A stretch of DNA of 51,316 bases from an uncultured Candidatus Saccharibacteria bacterium (GCA_964629675.1 CAZVUG010000011.1:1-51316), one strand, 5' to 3'. Positions 16,201 through 26,279 are shown, numbered from the stretch's first letter. Notes: generated by a model not told the origin, from the sequence alone. Translations and numbers: made by a program.

Positions 16201-16789
16201 CAAAGTAATCCAGATAGAAACTAAGGAAAAAGGAAAAAGGAAAAGCTTGGAGTACAGCGTTCCTCGGCAAAAGGCAGTCTGGGTTGAGAAGGGCGATTTA
16301 GTTTCCCGAGGCCAGCAAATAGTTGAAGGCCATATTGATTTAAAAGAGCTTTATAAAAATGGCGGCGAAGAAGCAGTCCGCCGATATATTATCAGGGAAG
16401 TTCAGCAAATATATACTTTTGCTGGAGAAAAAATTAACGATAAGCATATTGAATTAGTTGTCCGGCAAATGCTTTCTTATGCCAGAATTAAAAATCCAGG
16501 CTCAACTAGATTTTTATCAGGAGAAGTAATTAATAAAAATCGTTTATTAAAGATAAACGAAAAAGCAGCTAAAGAAAAAAAAGAGCCAGTTACTTTCGAA
16601 CCTCTGCTCCTAGGCATTAGTCGCGCTTCTTTAAGCACCGAAAGCTTTTTAGCGGCCGCTTCTTTTATTGAGACAACGCGCGTTTTAATCAACGCCAGCA
16701 TTAAAGGGAGCGAAGATAAACTCAAAGGATTGAAAGAAAACGTAATTATTGGTAAACTAATACCAGCAGGTACTGGATATCAAAAATAA
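13214..16789 (+). CDS. rpoC: DNA-directed RNA polymerase beta' subunit
   Basis: Zn finger CERIFGP..CACGKY..CDRC, catalytic NADFDGD, GLKENVIIG. Confidence 0.99.
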   Translation: MSTKFTDFNSIILKLASPEDILKWSHGEVTKPETINYRTQRAEKDGLFCERIFGPEKDWECACGKYRRIRYKGIVCDRCGVEVTRASVRRERMGHIALAVPVSHIWFLRGVPSKIGLVLDRSVQELERIIYFAGYIITKINEEERSKVIHEIKEESRRKTKGVAAKEKVQVKRMRDEAIHELKSLYLHQVLSEIEYRNLSLKYGSVFEAGTGAETLRNIFKEINLEALVKDLNDQAKRVSPAIKRKVMKRLRVVEGMLRAKIRPEWMFLTALPVLPPGLRPMVQLDGGRYATSDVNDLYRRVINRNNRLKHLIELGAPEVICRNEKRMLQEAVDSLIDNTSRRGQVTVAASTGQKRSLKSLADMLKGKQGRFRQNLLGKRVDYSARSVIVVGPELKLGQCGLPKYMALELFKPFVINKLIERGLAHNVRGAGRLIEEEIDEVWGILEEVTQKRYVLLNRAPTLHRLGIQAFQPVLIEGNAIRLHPIVCRAFNADFDGDQMAVHLPLGEEAQKEAREIMYSVNNLLKPATGEPVAIPTQDMVLGCFWMTDMRDGLKGEGKFFTNEQEALLAKHFGAVDLRAKIKVRLNPQDTEMTETSVGRLIFNESLPKEMKFVNKAMDSKSLRKLIADLIDRFGIQKTALVLDKIKRVGFKYSSTSGISWGMDDLRISPQKKEWIKEARQQVEIVMQQFDEGLLTDSERKAKIIGIWQSVTDKVGKSTLDLLEKDSSIYSIFASGARGSAGQLAQMSGMKGLVVNPIGETIELPIISSYKEGFNGLEYFISTHGGRKGLVDTALNTANAGYLTRRLIDVCQNIVVRENDCHDNKGIFIYKEDEESIGNSFASRIIGRTILETIKVKPSEKKQKKDEILIKAGELISSEVAQKIEEGGIEKIRVRSAISCQSENGICQKCYGYDLSRNELVKIGEAVGIVTAQAIGEPATQLTLRTFHAGGVAGAQDITQGLPRVEEILEVRSPKGKAVISEVDGRVTDVLERGYYKVIQIETKEKGKRKSLEYSVPRQKAVWVEKGDLVSRGQQIVEGHIDLKELYKNGGEEAVRRYIIREVQQIYTFAGEKINDKHIELVVRQMLSYARIKNPGSTRFLSGEVINKNRLLKINEKAAKEKKEPVTFEPLLLGISRASLSTESFLAAASFIETTRVLINASIKGSEDKLKGLKENVIIGKLIPAGTGYQK

Positions 16790-16819
16790 TATCCAATCAA
16801 TAATTAGAGATTTTTGCTT

Positions 16820-19018
16820 GTGGCTAAAAAAAAGGAGATATCTCAAAAAAAGAAAAAAGAAAAGAAGAAATCGTCTCTTCGCTCAGAAACTAAAAAGGGC
16901 ATTTTAGGGATAGTTTTCTTTACTTTGGCTATTCTGAGCCTCTTAAGCTTTTTTAAAGGAGCTGGCATCTTTGGCGAATATTTTTTTGATATTTCACGCT
17001 TTCTTTTCGGCAGGGGATTTTTCTTAGTAACTCTTATCTTTGCCTTGGCTGGCTTAGCTATTCTTGTCCCTCGTTTCAGCTTTAAAAAAAAGGAAAAGCC
17101 AATTTACAAGACAATCTTAATTGGCATTTTAATTTTTCTCTTTAGCGTTTTAGGATTATTCCATTTAGTTCTTGGCGGAGGAGCTTTAGAAACAGAAAGT
17201 TTTTCCCAGTCTTTAAAAATGGAAAAAGCTGGCGGCTATATCGGTCTAATTGCTGGCTATCCTTTAGTCAAATATTTCGGCTTTTGGGCCAGCTTGATTA
17301 TCTTTCTGGCAGCTTTAATTATTTCTGTTCTGATTACTTTTAATATTCCTTTGCGCTTTGCTAAAGAAAAAAATGAAGATAAAATTGATAAAAATGAGCC
17401 GGATTTCCAAAATAGCCGTGAATTATTAGCAGAGAAACCGGAGAAGAAAAGCTTTTGGCAGGGCTTTAAAGAAAAAGCAACTCAAGAATTAAAAAAAGAA
17501 AAAACAGCTGAAGATTTTTCTCGGCCAGTTTTAAGAGAAGAGGCTACTGAAGACAAAGAAATAAATCTTTCTCAGGATAATATTAAAACAGAAAAATTCC
17601 GGAAAGACAAAGGGGGATTCAAACTGCCGCCAGTTGACCTTTTAGAAAAAGAAAGAGGCAAGCCGACAACAGGAGATATTAAATCAGATATTAATATTAT
17701 CAAAAGAACCTTGGGCAATTTCGGTATTGAAGTGGAAATGTCGGAAGTCAATATCGGGCCAACGGTTACTCAATATACTTTGAAGCCGGCTGAAGGAGTA
17801 AAGCTCTCTAAAATTACATCTTTACAGAATGATTTAGCTTTAGCTTTAGCAGCTCATCCCTTAAGATTAGAAGCGCCTATCCCAGGAAGATCTTTAGTCG
17901 GTATTGAAGTACCTAATCGCTCAGTAGTTTTAGTTAGGGTACGTAATTTAATAGAAGGAGATTCTTTTCAGAAATCTACTTCAAGATTGGTTCTTGCTTT
18001 AGGTAGAGATGCTGCTGGCAATCCAGTTGTTTCTGATTTGGCCAGAATGCCTCATCTTTTAGTTGCTGGAGCTACCGGGACAGGAAAAACGATTGCTTTA
18101 AATAATTTAATTATCAGCTTGATTTATCGTAATTTTCCGGAAGATTTAAAATTAATTTTAATTGATCCTAAGAGAGTTGAATTCAGCATTTATGACGGTA
18201 TTCCTCATTTATTAACGCCAGTCATTACCCAAGGAGAAAAGGCTGTTGGCGCTTTAGGCTGGGCAGTCAGCGAGATGGAGCGGCGCTTTGAAGTTTTGGA
18301 AGGATCAGGAGACAGGAATATTGAAAGTTATAATAATAACAATGGCAACCTTCCTTATATCGTCATTATTATTGACGAATTAGCTGATTTAATGGGAAAA
18401 TACGGTCGGGAAGTAGAATCAAGAATTGTCCGCTTGGCCCAAATGGCGCGAGCTGTCGGCATCCATTTAATTGTCTCGACGCAAAGGCCTTCAGTTGAAG
18501 TTATCACTGGCCTGATTAAGGCTAATATTACTTCTCGAATTGCTTTTCAAGTAGCTTCCCAGATTGATTCGCGGACAGTCTTAGACATGGGCGGCGCAGA
18601 CAAACTTTTAGGCAATGGCGATATGCTCTTTTTAGCTGGTGATTCAGCAAAACCTCGCCGAATCCAGGGAGCTTATGTCTCAGATACAGAAGTTAAAAAA
18701 GTAGTCAGCTATTTGAAGGAAATGCAAATTCCGGAATACGATGATGAATTAGACTCTTCAACTATCAAAGAAAAAGAAATTAGCAGCCAGCGGAACTTAG
18801 GAGGATTTGATAGCGAAGAAGATGAGTTGTATAATGATGCTAGACAAATAGTTGTTCAAAGCAAAAAAGCATCAGCTTCCTTGCTGCAAAGACGTTTGCG
18901 AGTTGGCTATGCCAGAGCAGCTAGATTATTAGACGTTTTAGAGGAAAATGGCGTTGTTGGTCCGGCGGACGGGGCTAAGCCAAGAGATGTTTATGAAAAG
19001 GAAGAAGAAAATGATTAA
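16820..19018 (+). CDS. ftsK: DNA translocase FtsK
   Basis: N-terminal 4TM region, [22 protein letters not shown], gamma domain [20 protein letters not shown] at 16820 or TTG at 16814. Confidence 0.96.
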   Translation: MAKKKEISQKKKKEKKKSSLRSETKKGILGIVFFTLAILSLLSFFKGAGIFGEYFFDISRFLFGRGFFLVTLIFALAGLAILVPRFSFKKKEKPIYKTILIGILIFLFSVLGLFHLVLGGGALETESFSQSLKMEKAGGYIGLIAGYPLVKYFGFWASLIIFLAALIISVLITFNIPLRFAKEKNEDKIDKNEPDFQNSRELLAEKPEKKSFWQGFKEKATQELKKEKTAEDFSRPVLREEATEDKEINLSQDNIKTEKFRKDKGGFKLPPVDLLEKERGKPTTGDIKSDINIIKRTLGNFGIEVEMSEVNIGPTVTQYTLKPAEGVKLSKITSLQNDLALALAAHPLRLEAPIPGRSLVGIEVPNRSVVLVRVRNLIEGDSFQKSTSRLVLALGRDAAGNPVVSDLARMPHLLVAGATGTGKTIALNNLIISLIYRNFPEDLKLILIDPKRVEFSIYDGIPHLLTPVITQGEKAVGALGWAVSEMERRFEVLEGSGDRNIESYNNNNGNLPYIVIIIDELADLMGKYGREVESRIVRLAQMARAVGIHLIVSTQRPSVEVITGLIKANITSRIAFQVASQIDSRTVLDMGGADKLLGNGDMLFLAGDSAKPRRIQGAYVSDTEVKKVVSYLKEMQIPEYDDELDSSTIKEKEISSQRNLGGFDSEEDELYNDARQIVVQSKKASASLLQRRLRVGYARAARLLDVLEENGVVGPADGAKPRDVYEKEEEND

Positions 19019-20039
19019 AAAAACAACAAAAACAAAAGAGAATACAGAAAGCAAAGAAAAGCGGCAAAAATTATTAGACTTAACCGTAGATGAAATTAGA
19101 AGCCGTTTTGGCGATGGCTCAATTATGAAATTAGGCGATGCTAAGCATGTTAATGTGGGTGCTATTCCGACTGGCTCAATATCTTTGGATATAGCTTTAG
19201 GCGTGGGAGGTTTTCCTAAAGGGAGAATTATTGAAATATATGGCTTGGAATCAAGCGGTAAAAGTACTTTGGCCCTGCATGCTGTAGCAGAAACGCAAAA
19301 AAAAGGCGGCTTAGCTGCCTTTATCGACGCAGAGCATGCTTTAGATCCGGAATACGCTAAAAAATTAGGAGTCAAAATTAATGATTTGCTAATTTCTCAG
19401 CCAGATACTGGCGAGCAAGCTTTAGAAATCTTAGAAAGCTTGGTCAGGTCAAAAGCAGTTGATTTGGTAATTATTGATTCAGTTGCTGCTTTAACTCCAA
19501 AAGCAGAAATTGAAGGAGAAATGGGCCAGCAGCATATTGGCTTACAAGCTCGCTTAATGAGTCAGTGTTTGCGAAAATTAACAGCGATTACGGCTAAGAG
19601 CAATACGACCGTTATTTTTATCAATCAGATTAGAATGAAAATCGGCGTTATGTTCGGCAATCCAGAAACAACGCCTGGCGGAAAAGCCCTAAAGTTTTAT
19701 TCTTCAGTTCGTTTAGAATTGCGCCGATCAGCCCAAATTAAGCAGGGTGATCAAATTATCGGCAACAGAGTTAAAGCCAAAGTGGTTAAGAATAAGGTAG
19801 CGCCTCCTTTCCAGCAAACTGAATTTGATATTTTTTACAATGAAGGAATTTCCCGCTTGGCAGATATTATTAATACTGGCGTAAAAATGGGCATCATTAG
19901 CCGCAGTGGCGCTTGGTTAAATTACGGCGAGGAAAAATTAGGCCAAGGAATGGAAGCTTCTAAGAATTATCTAAAAGAAAATCCCCGTTTATTAACGGAG
20001 ATTGTTCGAGGAATCAGAAAAGGAAAATTAGATCAATAA
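19011..20039 (+). CDS. recA: Recombinase RecA
   Basis: [38 protein letters not shown]. The ATG at 19011 overlaps the ftsK stop. Confidence 0.98.
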   Translation: MIKKTTKTKENTESKEKRQKLLDLTVDEIRSRFGDGSIMKLGDAKHVNVGAIPTGSISLDIALGVGGFPKGRIIEIYGLESSGKSTLALHAVAETQKKGGLAAFIDAEHALDPEYAKKLGVKINDLLISQPDTGEQALEILESLVRSKAVDLVIIDSVAALTPKAEIEGEMGQQHIGLQARLMSQCLRKLTAITAKSNTTVIFINQIRMKIGVMFGNPETTPGGKALKFYSSVRLELRRSAQIKQGDQIIGNRVKAKVVKNKVAPPFQQTEFDIFYNEGISRLADIINTGVKMGIISRSGAWLNYGEEKLGQGMEASKNYLKENPRLLTEIVRGIRKGKLDQ

Positions 20040-20040
20040 T

Positions 20041-20241
20041 CTATTTTGTCGTAAATGGTAAAAGGCCCATAATACGGGCTTTTTTTATTGCCTTAGCTAA
20101 TTGGCGCTGATGTTTGGCGCAAGTTCCAGTTCTTTTTGGTGGCAATATTTTTACCTGTCCTGATAAAAATCGGGAAAGAAGCTCAGTGTCTTTGAAATTT
20201 ATTTCTTCAATTTTATTTTTACAAAAATAACAATCTTTCAT
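20041..20241 (-). CDS. rpsR: 30S ribosomal protein S18 (Zn-binding C+ type)
   Basis: CYFC...KILPPKRTGTCAKHQRQLAKAIKKARIMGLLPF. Confidence 0.97.
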   Translation of the reverse strand: MKDCYFCKNKIEEINFKDTELLSRFLSGQVKILPPKRTGTCAKHQRQLAKAIKKARIMGLLPFTTK

Positions 20242-20261
20242 TTTAATTAATAGATTTAAGA

Positions 20262-20768
20262 TTAGAAGGGGATATCATTAATATCCACTTTTTCGGCGTT
20301 TTTGCTTTTATCTTCTTGGCTGTCCGGCTCATTATTCTCTTGGCTAATCGGCTCTTCTGACTCAATGACCGGAATTTCATCTTGGGAAGTACTATTATCT
20401 TGGGAGAAAGGTTTTGCTGGCTGGCCATTTGTTGAAGAAGCGCTTCTTGGCCCCATCTGCATATTGTTGGCAATAATCTCGGTTCGTTGCCGCTTAACGC
20501 CATTTTGGTCTTCCCATGAACGGGTTTGTATCCGGCCCTCTATCAAAATTAACTGCCCTTTAGTAAGATAGCGCGAACAAATGTCAGCCAATTTGCCAAA
20601 AGTAACTATATTATGGAAATCAGTGGCTTCTTGCTTGTTGCCACTTTGGTCAACCCAAATTCTATTAGTGGCAATACTGAAAGAAACGACAGATTGCCCT
20701 GAAGGCAAATTTCTGCTTTGCGGATCCTGGGTTAATCTGCCAGCGATGATTGCTTTATTAAGATTCAT
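20262..20768 (-). CDS. ssb: Single-stranded DNA-binding protein
   Basis: NLNKAIIAGRLTQDP, IEGRIQTRSW, C-terminal DIPF. Confidence 0.97.
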   Translation of the reverse strand: MNLNKAIIAGRLTQDPQSRNLPSGQSVVSFSIATNRIWVDQSGNKQEATDFHNIVTFGKLADICSRYLTKGQLILIEGRIQTRSWEDQNGVKRQRTEIIANNMQMGPRSASSTNGQPAKPFSQDNSTSQDEIPVIESEEPISQENNEPDSQEDKSKNAEKVDINDIPF

Positions 20769-20809
20769 AATTTTTATTAACGCAAAAAGAAGATAAACTG
20801 CTTATTGCG

Positions 20810-21322
20810 CTACTCATTAAGTATTTCTTCTAATTTTTTATCTAAATCTTCTATGCTTGATTTTTCTTTTTTCTCCATTTTCTTTTCTGTTCTTTCTTCT
20901 TCCGGCAAAACAGGCTCGACTTTATCAATCATTTTTGATGATAAATCAATATCGTCAATTTCCTTCTCCTGGAAAATATTCTTCTTAATTGCTTTTTTTT
21001 CTTTTTTGGCTTTTGTTTGCTTGTTGGAAATTAAATAACGGAGAATGCTTTTTTCTAGATTAAGCTCTTGGCTGAATTCTTTAATATATTCAGGGAATAG
21101 TTCAAAATTAAGAGTTAAATAAAAAGCGTCTGTGCTTTTTTGCATGGGGTAGCTTAATTTGCGGCTGATAATCTTTTCAGCAAGATTATCAATTTCTTCA
21201 ATTTTTCCTTCTTTCTTCTCAATCATTTGCTTAATCTTCTGAACTGATTCAGTTATTTCTTTTTCTTCTAGATTAGCAGAAAAGATTAAGGTAATTTGAT
21301 AAGATTTATTTTCTTTTTCCAT
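20810..21322 (-). CDS. rpsF: 30S ribosomal protein S6 with charged C-terminal extension
   Basis: YQITLI...RKLSYPM...ILRYLI; position in the rpsF-ssb-rpsR operon; ATG at 21322. Confidence 0.85.
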   Translation of the reverse strand: MEKENKSYQITLIFSANLEEKEITESVQKIKQMIEKKEGKIEEIDNLAEKIISRKLSYPMQKSTDAFYLTLNFELFPEYIKEFSQELNLEKSILRYLISNKQTKAKKEKKAIKKNIFQEKEIDDIDLSSKMIDKVEPVLPEEERTEKKMEKKEKSSIEDLDKKLEEILNE

Positions 21323-21329
21323 ATTAAGT

Positions 21330-21358
21330 AAGATAGCAGAAAAAAAATAAAAGGTCAA
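21330..21358 (-). promoter_or_regulatory. Promoter of rpsF operon (extended -10, near-leaderless)
   Basis: Minus strand: TTGACC, 17-nt spacer, TATCTT preceded by TGC; ATG is 7 nt downstream. Confidence 0.55.
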
Positions 21359-21364
21359 CCTCGA

Positions 21365-22249
21365 TTAATGATTTTTTGTCAGATGATATCCTCTGAAAAA
21401 ATCTGCTCCAGACATTGGTTTTTTACCGGCTGGCTGGACTGTTTCTAAAAGAAGATAGCCTTTAGCTGTCGGCAGGGCATAGGGCTGCTTTCGGGAAACG
21501 GCTTTTGCTTTTAAAATTTTAATCCGCAAATTATTAAATTCAGTCCAAGCGCCAGGCCAAGGGTAAAAAGCTCTGATTTGCCTGCTGATTTGAATAGCTT
21601 CCTGGCTCCAATCAATCCTGCCGTCCGGCCGGGTAATGATTTTAGTGTAAGTAGCTTTTTCTTCTTGCTGGCGAATTGGCTTAATTTTTTTATTTAAATA
21701 ATCGGGCAGGGTATTTAATAAAAGATCAGCCGCTAACTTAGCTAACCTTTTCTCTAAAGTCTGGTAATTATCCTCTTTTTTAATTCTTAATTCCTGCTGG
21801 GTAACAATTGGCCCGTGGTCAATTTTATCGTCCATTAGCATAATTGTCAGGCCGGTCTTTATCTCGCCACGCAGGATAGCTGTCTGGATAGGGGAAGGAC
21901 CGCGATATTTTGGCAATAAGGAAGGATGCAAATTCAAGCTGCCATTAGCCGGAATTTCTATTATTTCTTGGGGAATGATCTGGCCATAGGCTGCTAAGAT
22001 AATTAACTCAGGCTGCAGATCAATTAATTCTTCTTTTATTGAAGATATGTCTGCTGGTTGGCAGAGAGGCAGCTTTAATTTTAAGGCAGCTTTTTTGACT
22101 GGCGAGAAAACTATTTCCTGTTGTCGGCCAACTGGCTTGTCTGGGGAAGTGATAACTTTAACAAGCTGATATTTTTCTTTAATTAGTTTAGCTAAAGCCG
22201 GGACAGCAAATGTTGACGTGCCGATAAAAATAATTTTAGCTTTTTCCAT
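21365..22249 (-). CDS. fmt: Methionyl-tRNA formyltransferase (copy 1)
   Basis: IIFIGTSTFA, PDKPVGR, NLHPSLLPKYRGPSPIQ, RAFYPWPG. Confidence 0.96.
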   Translation of the reverse strand: MEKAKIIFIGTSTFAVPALAKLIKEKYQLVKVITSPDKPVGRQQEIVFSPVKKAALKLKLPLCQPADISSIKEELIDLQPELIILAAYGQIIPQEIIEIPANGSLNLHPSLLPKYRGPSPIQTAILRGEIKTGLTIMLMDDKIDHGPIVTQQELRIKKEDNYQTLEKRLAKLAADLLLNTLPDYLNKKIKPIRQQEEKATYTKIITRPDGRIDWSQEAIQISRQIRAFYPWPGAWTEFNNLRIKILKAKAVSRKQPYALPTAKGYLLLETVQPAGKKPMSGADFFRGYHLTKNH

Positions 22250-22251
22250 AA

Positions 22252-22698
22252 TTAATGATGATAATCAGTAATTAAAATTCCGTGTAAATGGTCAACTTCG
22301 TGCTGGATAACTCTGGCTAAAAGGTCTCTTGCTCTTATTTTAATTGTTTTCCCTTCAGCATCAAGTGCTTTGACAGTTATTTTGACTGATCGCTTAATTG
22401 GCAGATAAATGCCTGGCAGGCTTAAGCAGCCTTCTTCCATAGTTGATTGCCGGGCAGAGCGGCTTTTGATCTGGGGGTTAATTAAAACAAGAGATTCTTG
22501 ATCTGGGGCGGGCTTAACGACAATAATCTGCAGAGATCTGTTAATCTGCGGCGCTGCTAAGCCAAGGCCGTCTTTTACTTCCATAGTTTCAGTCATATCT
22601 AAAATTAGTTGCTTTAAGTCAGCATTTATTTTTCCTACTTCAGCTGATTCTTTTCGCAAGACAGGATTTCCTTGTCCGGTTTGAATAGGTAAGATCAT
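22252..22698 (-). CDS. def: Peptide deformylase
   Basis: GLGLAAPQI, EGCLS, QHEVDHLHG. Confidence 0.97.
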   Translation of the reverse strand: MILPIQTGQGNPVLRKESAEVGKINADLKQLILDMTETMEVKDGLGLAAPQINRSLQIIVVKPAPDQESLVLINPQIKSRSARQSTMEEGCLSLPGIYLPIKRSVKITVKALDAEGKTIKIRARDLLARVIQHEVDHLHGILITDYHH

Positions 22699-22702
22699 AT
22701 TT

Positions 22703-23140
22703 TTATTTTATTATTTTCCATTCAATGTCTGATTCTTCTCCAGCAAATTCAAGCCATTCGTTATCTTCGCTGATAACATACCATTTCTTTTTTGCTTTTG
22801 ACCAAACCATCGCATTTCCTTGAAAAAAAGGCTTTTTGATTGGTTTTTTTGGCTTAAGCCGGTCTATTTCCAGCCATTTTTTAGCAACTGTTTCAATCGT
22901 ATAGTCTAAGCCTCTTGATTTGGCCCAGCGAGATATCTTCTTAATTGATTGTTTAGCCTTATCAACTGATCCGGCTAATTCTAAGAGCTGCTTGGCTGAT
23001 CTGGTATAGCGCGAATAAACTATCTTTTTCTTTTTAGCACTTTCTTTAATTTCGTCTAAGCTTAGACCTTTAGTCTTGAAATAATAATTGACAATTTTCT
23101 GGATATCAGTTTCTTGTTTCTTTTTTTTGGGCTTAATCAT
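22703..23140 (-). CDS. Conserved hypothetical basic protein (homologous to C-terminal domain of 48309-48986)
   Basis: Shares YYF..KGLSL, YSRYT..AKQ.LELAGS, KKPFFQGN.MVWS and EWLEFAG with the second copy. Confidence 0.8.
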   Translation of the reverse strand: MIKPKKKKQETDIQKIVNYYFKTKGLSLDEIKESAKKKKIVYSRYTRSAKQLLELAGSVDKAKQSIKKISRWAKSRGLDYTIETVAKKWLEIDRLKPKKPIKKPFFQGNAMVWSKAKKKWYVISEDNEWLEFAGEESDIEWKIIK

Positions 23141-23196
23141 CTTTAATATATTTTGCTGCTCTTCTCATTATAGACCTTATTTGATATAATTCAAGC

Positions 23197-23772
23197 ATGA
23201 TTAAGAAAAGAATTTTTATTGCTGTCAACCTGCCAGAATATCTTAAAGAAAAATTATTGTCTCTGCAAAAAGATTGGGCGAATCTGCCAGTCCGCTGGAC
23301 GAGAAAATCAAGCTTGCATATTACACTGGTTTTTATCGGCTATCTGGATAATCAGGAAATGCTGGAAGTCTGCCAGACAGTCCAAAGAATTGGATCAGCT
23401 CATCAGCCTTTTTCCATAAGATTATCAGAAGTTTGTCTGGGGCCGACAGCAGACAATCCGCGAATGATCTGGGCAAAAGGGCAGTCTAATCCAACTTTAG
23501 CAAAATTAAAGAATGATTTAGAAGATTCTCTGTCAGGCGCTAATTTACATAGCTATCGACAGGATAACCGTGCTTTCAGTCCTCATATTACTTTAGCCAG
23601 AATCAGGCCTTGGGATTGGCGCCTACTGCCGCAAAAACCGGAAATAGAGAAAGAAATTTCCTTGAATTTTCCGGTGGAATCAATGGAAGTTATGGAAAGC
23701 CAATTAAAAAGAAGCGGCGCTGAATATACTATTCTTGAATCAGCTTTGCTCGGAGATAAAAATAATGGATAA
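23197..23772 (+). CDS. thpR: RNA 2',3'-cyclic phosphodiesterase (2H family), copy 1
   Basis: RIFIAV and two HxT motifs (LHITLVFIG, FSPHITLAR). Confidence 0.93.
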   Translation: MIKKRIFIAVNLPEYLKEKLLSLQKDWANLPVRWTRKSSLHITLVFIGYLDNQEMLEVCQTVQRIGSAHQPFSIRLSEVCLGPTADNPRMIWAKGQSNPTLAKLKNDLEDSLSGANLHSYRQDNRAFSPHITLARIRPWDWRLLPQKPEIEKEISLNFPVESMEVMESQLKRSGAEYTILESALLGDKNNG

Positions 23773-24466
23773 AATAGAGATTTTGGGAGTTAAAATTAAT
23801 AATTTGAGCGAAAAAGAAGTCTTGCAGGAAACAGAAAAGATAATGGAAGGGCCGAAACAATGCTATCTAGTCACGCCTAATCCGGAATTTTTGGTTTTAG
23901 CCCAAAAGGATGAAGAATTTAAAGAAATTCTTAATCAAGCTGATTTAGCTGTTCCTGACGGAATCGGTATTATTTTCGCTTCGCGTTTTTTAAAAAGGCC
24001 GATTCAGCAGAGAGTCCGGGGATCTGACTTGATGGAAAAAATTTGCTGTTTAGCCAATCAGAAAAAATGGCGCGTTCTCTTATTAGGCGGCCGGCATAAA
24101 GTAGCTGAAAAAACAGCTATTTTTTTAGAAAAAAGATATCCCGGCCTGTTAATTGAAATTTTGTCTGAAGAAAATCCAAAAGCTAAAGGCATTCCTTCGG
24201 GACCGTCAGTCCTTTTCGTTGCCTTCGGAGCTCCTAATCAGGAAAAATGGATAGCACGCCATCTATCTCTCTTGCCAGAAGTTAAATTAGCCGTTGGTAT
24301 TGGCGGATCTTTTGATTTTTTTTCTGGCAGGATTCGGCGGGCGCCTCTTTTTTTCCAAAGAATAGGGATAGAATGGCTATGGCGCTTAGCTCTTGAGCCT
24401 TGGCGTTACAAAAGAATTATCAAAGCAGTTGTTGTTTTCCCTTGGCTAATTTTAAAAAAGAAGTAG
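23765..24466 (+). CDS. WecB/TagA/CpsF family glycosyltransferase
   Basis: VTPNPE, ADLAVPDGIG, FGAPNQEKWI, GIGGSFDF, EWLWRL. ATG at 23765. Confidence 0.92.
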   Translation: MDKIEILGVKINNLSEKEVLQETEKIMEGPKQCYLVTPNPEFLVLAQKDEEFKEILNQADLAVPDGIGIIFASRFLKRPIQQRVRGSDLMEKICCLANQKKWRVLLLGGRHKVAEKTAIFLEKRYPGLLIEILSEENPKAKGIPSGPSVLFVAFGAPNQEKWIARHLSLLPEVKLAVGIGGSFDFFSGRIRRAPLFFQRIGIEWLWRLALEPWRYKRIIKAVVVFPWLILKKK

Positions 24467-24475
24467 AATGTTTTT

Positions 24476-25780
24476 ATGAAAAAAGATTACCAAATTAATT
24501 TAGAAAGAGTTAGAACAGCTTATTTGATCGGCATCAAAGGAGTCGGCATGACTGCTTTAGCTCAAGTTTTGCAAAGCAAAGGCATTAAGGTCTTAGGTTC
24601 GGATACGCCAGAAAAATTCTTTACAGATAAAGTTTTGCGGAAAATAGGGGTTAGTTTTAAAGAAGGCTTTAAAAAGGAAAATGTTCCGGCTAATTTTGAT
24701 TTAGCTATTTCTTCAGCAGCTTATCTGGGAGAAAAGATAACTAACGTAGAGGTCGCAGAAGTTTTAAAAAGAAAGAAGCCTCTTTTGTCTTACGCTCAGG
24801 TTCTAGGCCTTTTGTTTGAAAAGTATTATGGTATTGCTGTTGCTGGAACTCACGGTAAAAGCACAACGACGGCAATGTTAGGCTTTATTTTAGAAAAAGC
24901 CGGCTTTGAGCCGACAGTCATTGCCGGAACAGAAATTATTAACTGGCAGAGCAATGCCCGGGCCGGCCAATCTGAATATCTAGTTGCCGAAGCTGATGAG
25001 TACCGGGAAAGTTTTTTAAACTATTCGCCACAAGGCTTAATAATTACTAATTTAGAATACGATCATCCTGATTTTTTTAAAAGCTTTGCAGCTTACCAAA
25101 AAGCTTTTCGAAAAATAGCCAGAAAAGTTCCTCGCCAGGGCTTTATCATTATTAATAAAAAAGATCCTGAAGTTAAAAAGATAGTCCAGGGCGTTTCTGC
25201 CCGAGTTATTGAATATGATCCGGATAAAGCCAGTTTAAGGCTGCTTCTTCCAGGAAAGCATAATTTATTAAATGCCTTAGCTGCCCAGGCAGCTAGTTTG
25301 GAATTAGGCGTTAGCGAAAGCTTAAGCAAAAAAGCTTTGCTTGAATTTAAAGGAATCAGGCGGCGATTTGAGATAAAGAAAAAAGAGAGAGGAATTACTT
25401 TTATTGATGATTATGCCCATCACCCAACTGAAATTAAAGCCAGCCTGACAGCAGCCAGGGAGTCTTATCCTGGCAAGGTGATTTGGGCTGTCTTTCAGCC
25501 GCATACTTTTAGCCGGACAAAAGCTCTTTTGCCAGATTTTATTAAGTCTTTTGACCAGGCAGACAAAGTTATTATCCTAGATATCTATGGATCAGCCAGA
25601 GAAAAAGTGGGCAAAGTCCATTCTCTGGATTTAGTCAGAGGAATATTTCGAAGAAATAAAAATCAGCTGGTTAAATATATTCCCCAATTAGAAGAAGCAA
25701 AAGAATATTTAAAAAAGCATGCTCAGAGTGGGGATATTGTTTTAGCTATTGGTGCTGGCGATGTTTGGAAAATAATTTAA
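24476..25780 (+). CDS. murC: UDP-N-acetylmuramate--L-alanine ligase (copy 1)
   Basis: IGIKGVGM, AGTHGKSTTT, EADEY, RRFE, DDYAHHPTEI, FQPH, GAGDV. Confidence 0.93.
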   Translation: MKKDYQINLERVRTAYLIGIKGVGMTALAQVLQSKGIKVLGSDTPEKFFTDKVLRKIGVSFKEGFKKENVPANFDLAISSAAYLGEKITNVEVAEVLKRKKPLLSYAQVLGLLFEKYYGIAVAGTHGKSTTTAMLGFILEKAGFEPTVIAGTEIINWQSNARAGQSEYLVAEADEYRESFLNYSPQGLIITNLEYDHPDFFKSFAAYQKAFRKIARKVPRQGFIIINKKDPEVKKIVQGVSARVIEYDPDKASLRLLLPGKHNLLNALAAQAASLELGVSESLSKKALLEFKGIRRRFEIKKKERGITFIDDYAHHPTEIKASLTAARESYPGKVIWAVFQPHTFSRTKALLPDFIKSFDQADKVIILDIYGSAREKVGKVHSLDLVRGIFRRNKNQLVKYIPQLEEAKEYLKKHAQSGDIVLAIGAGDVWKII

Positions 25781-25785
25781 GAGAC

Positions 25786-25794
25786 TTATCCACA
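25786..25794 (+). promoter_or_regulatory. Perfect DnaA box
   Basis: TTATCCACA in the intergenic region after murC. Confidence 0.55.
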
Positions 25795-25944
25795 AGCAGG
25801 TTTTTATTTAATGGATAAATATGATATGATTATTGTAAGAGGAAATTAGAGAACGAATAAATAATTTAAATAAAAAAGGTCCCTTATCTAATCGTCTTTC
25901 CTTTTTTAAAAAAGAAAAGGCAAGAGAATAAGGTGAAAATAATT

Positions 25945-26193
25945 ATGTCAATTTGGATCTGGATAATTATTGCTTTAATAGTGATTATCGGTATTATCTT
26001 CTGGATGAAATCTAAAAAAGGAGGGGAAGAAGTTTCTGAATTTAAAGAACCAGAGATAAACAAAGATTTGCCGGAAGAACCAGTCCAGGAAGCAAATCCA
26101 GAAACACGACCGGCAGAACCAGCTGAACAAAAACCAGCCGAAGATAATTCAGAGTCTTTCTCTAATTCAGACGAAGAAAACAGGCAGATGTAA
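25945..26193 (+). CDS. Small single-TM protein with acidic Pro/Glu-rich tail
   Basis: MSIWIWIIIALIVIIGIIFWMKSKK followed by a low-complexity tail; positional homologue of 51086-51268. Confidence 0.75.
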   Translation: MSIWIWIIIALIVIIGIIFWMKSKKGGEEVSEFKEPEINKDLPEEPVQEANPETRPAEPAEQKPAEDNSESFSNSDEENRQM

Positions 26194-26212
26194 TTTGCGC
26201 CAAAAGATAATG

Positions 26213-26243
26213 AAAATCCTCCGTTCTCCTAGCGGGGGATTTT
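26213..26243 (+). terminator. Rho-independent terminator
   Basis: AAAATCCTCCGTT/AGCGGGGGATTTT stem (2 G-U pairs) followed by a T-rich run. Confidence 0.7.
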
Positions 26244-26279
26244 ATTTTTCAGAAAAAATGTGTTAGAATAACTGTATTC

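Noticed and set aside
25786-25819. Replication origin
   Set aside because: Only one perfect DnaA box and one weak box, with no dnaA/dnaN nearby.
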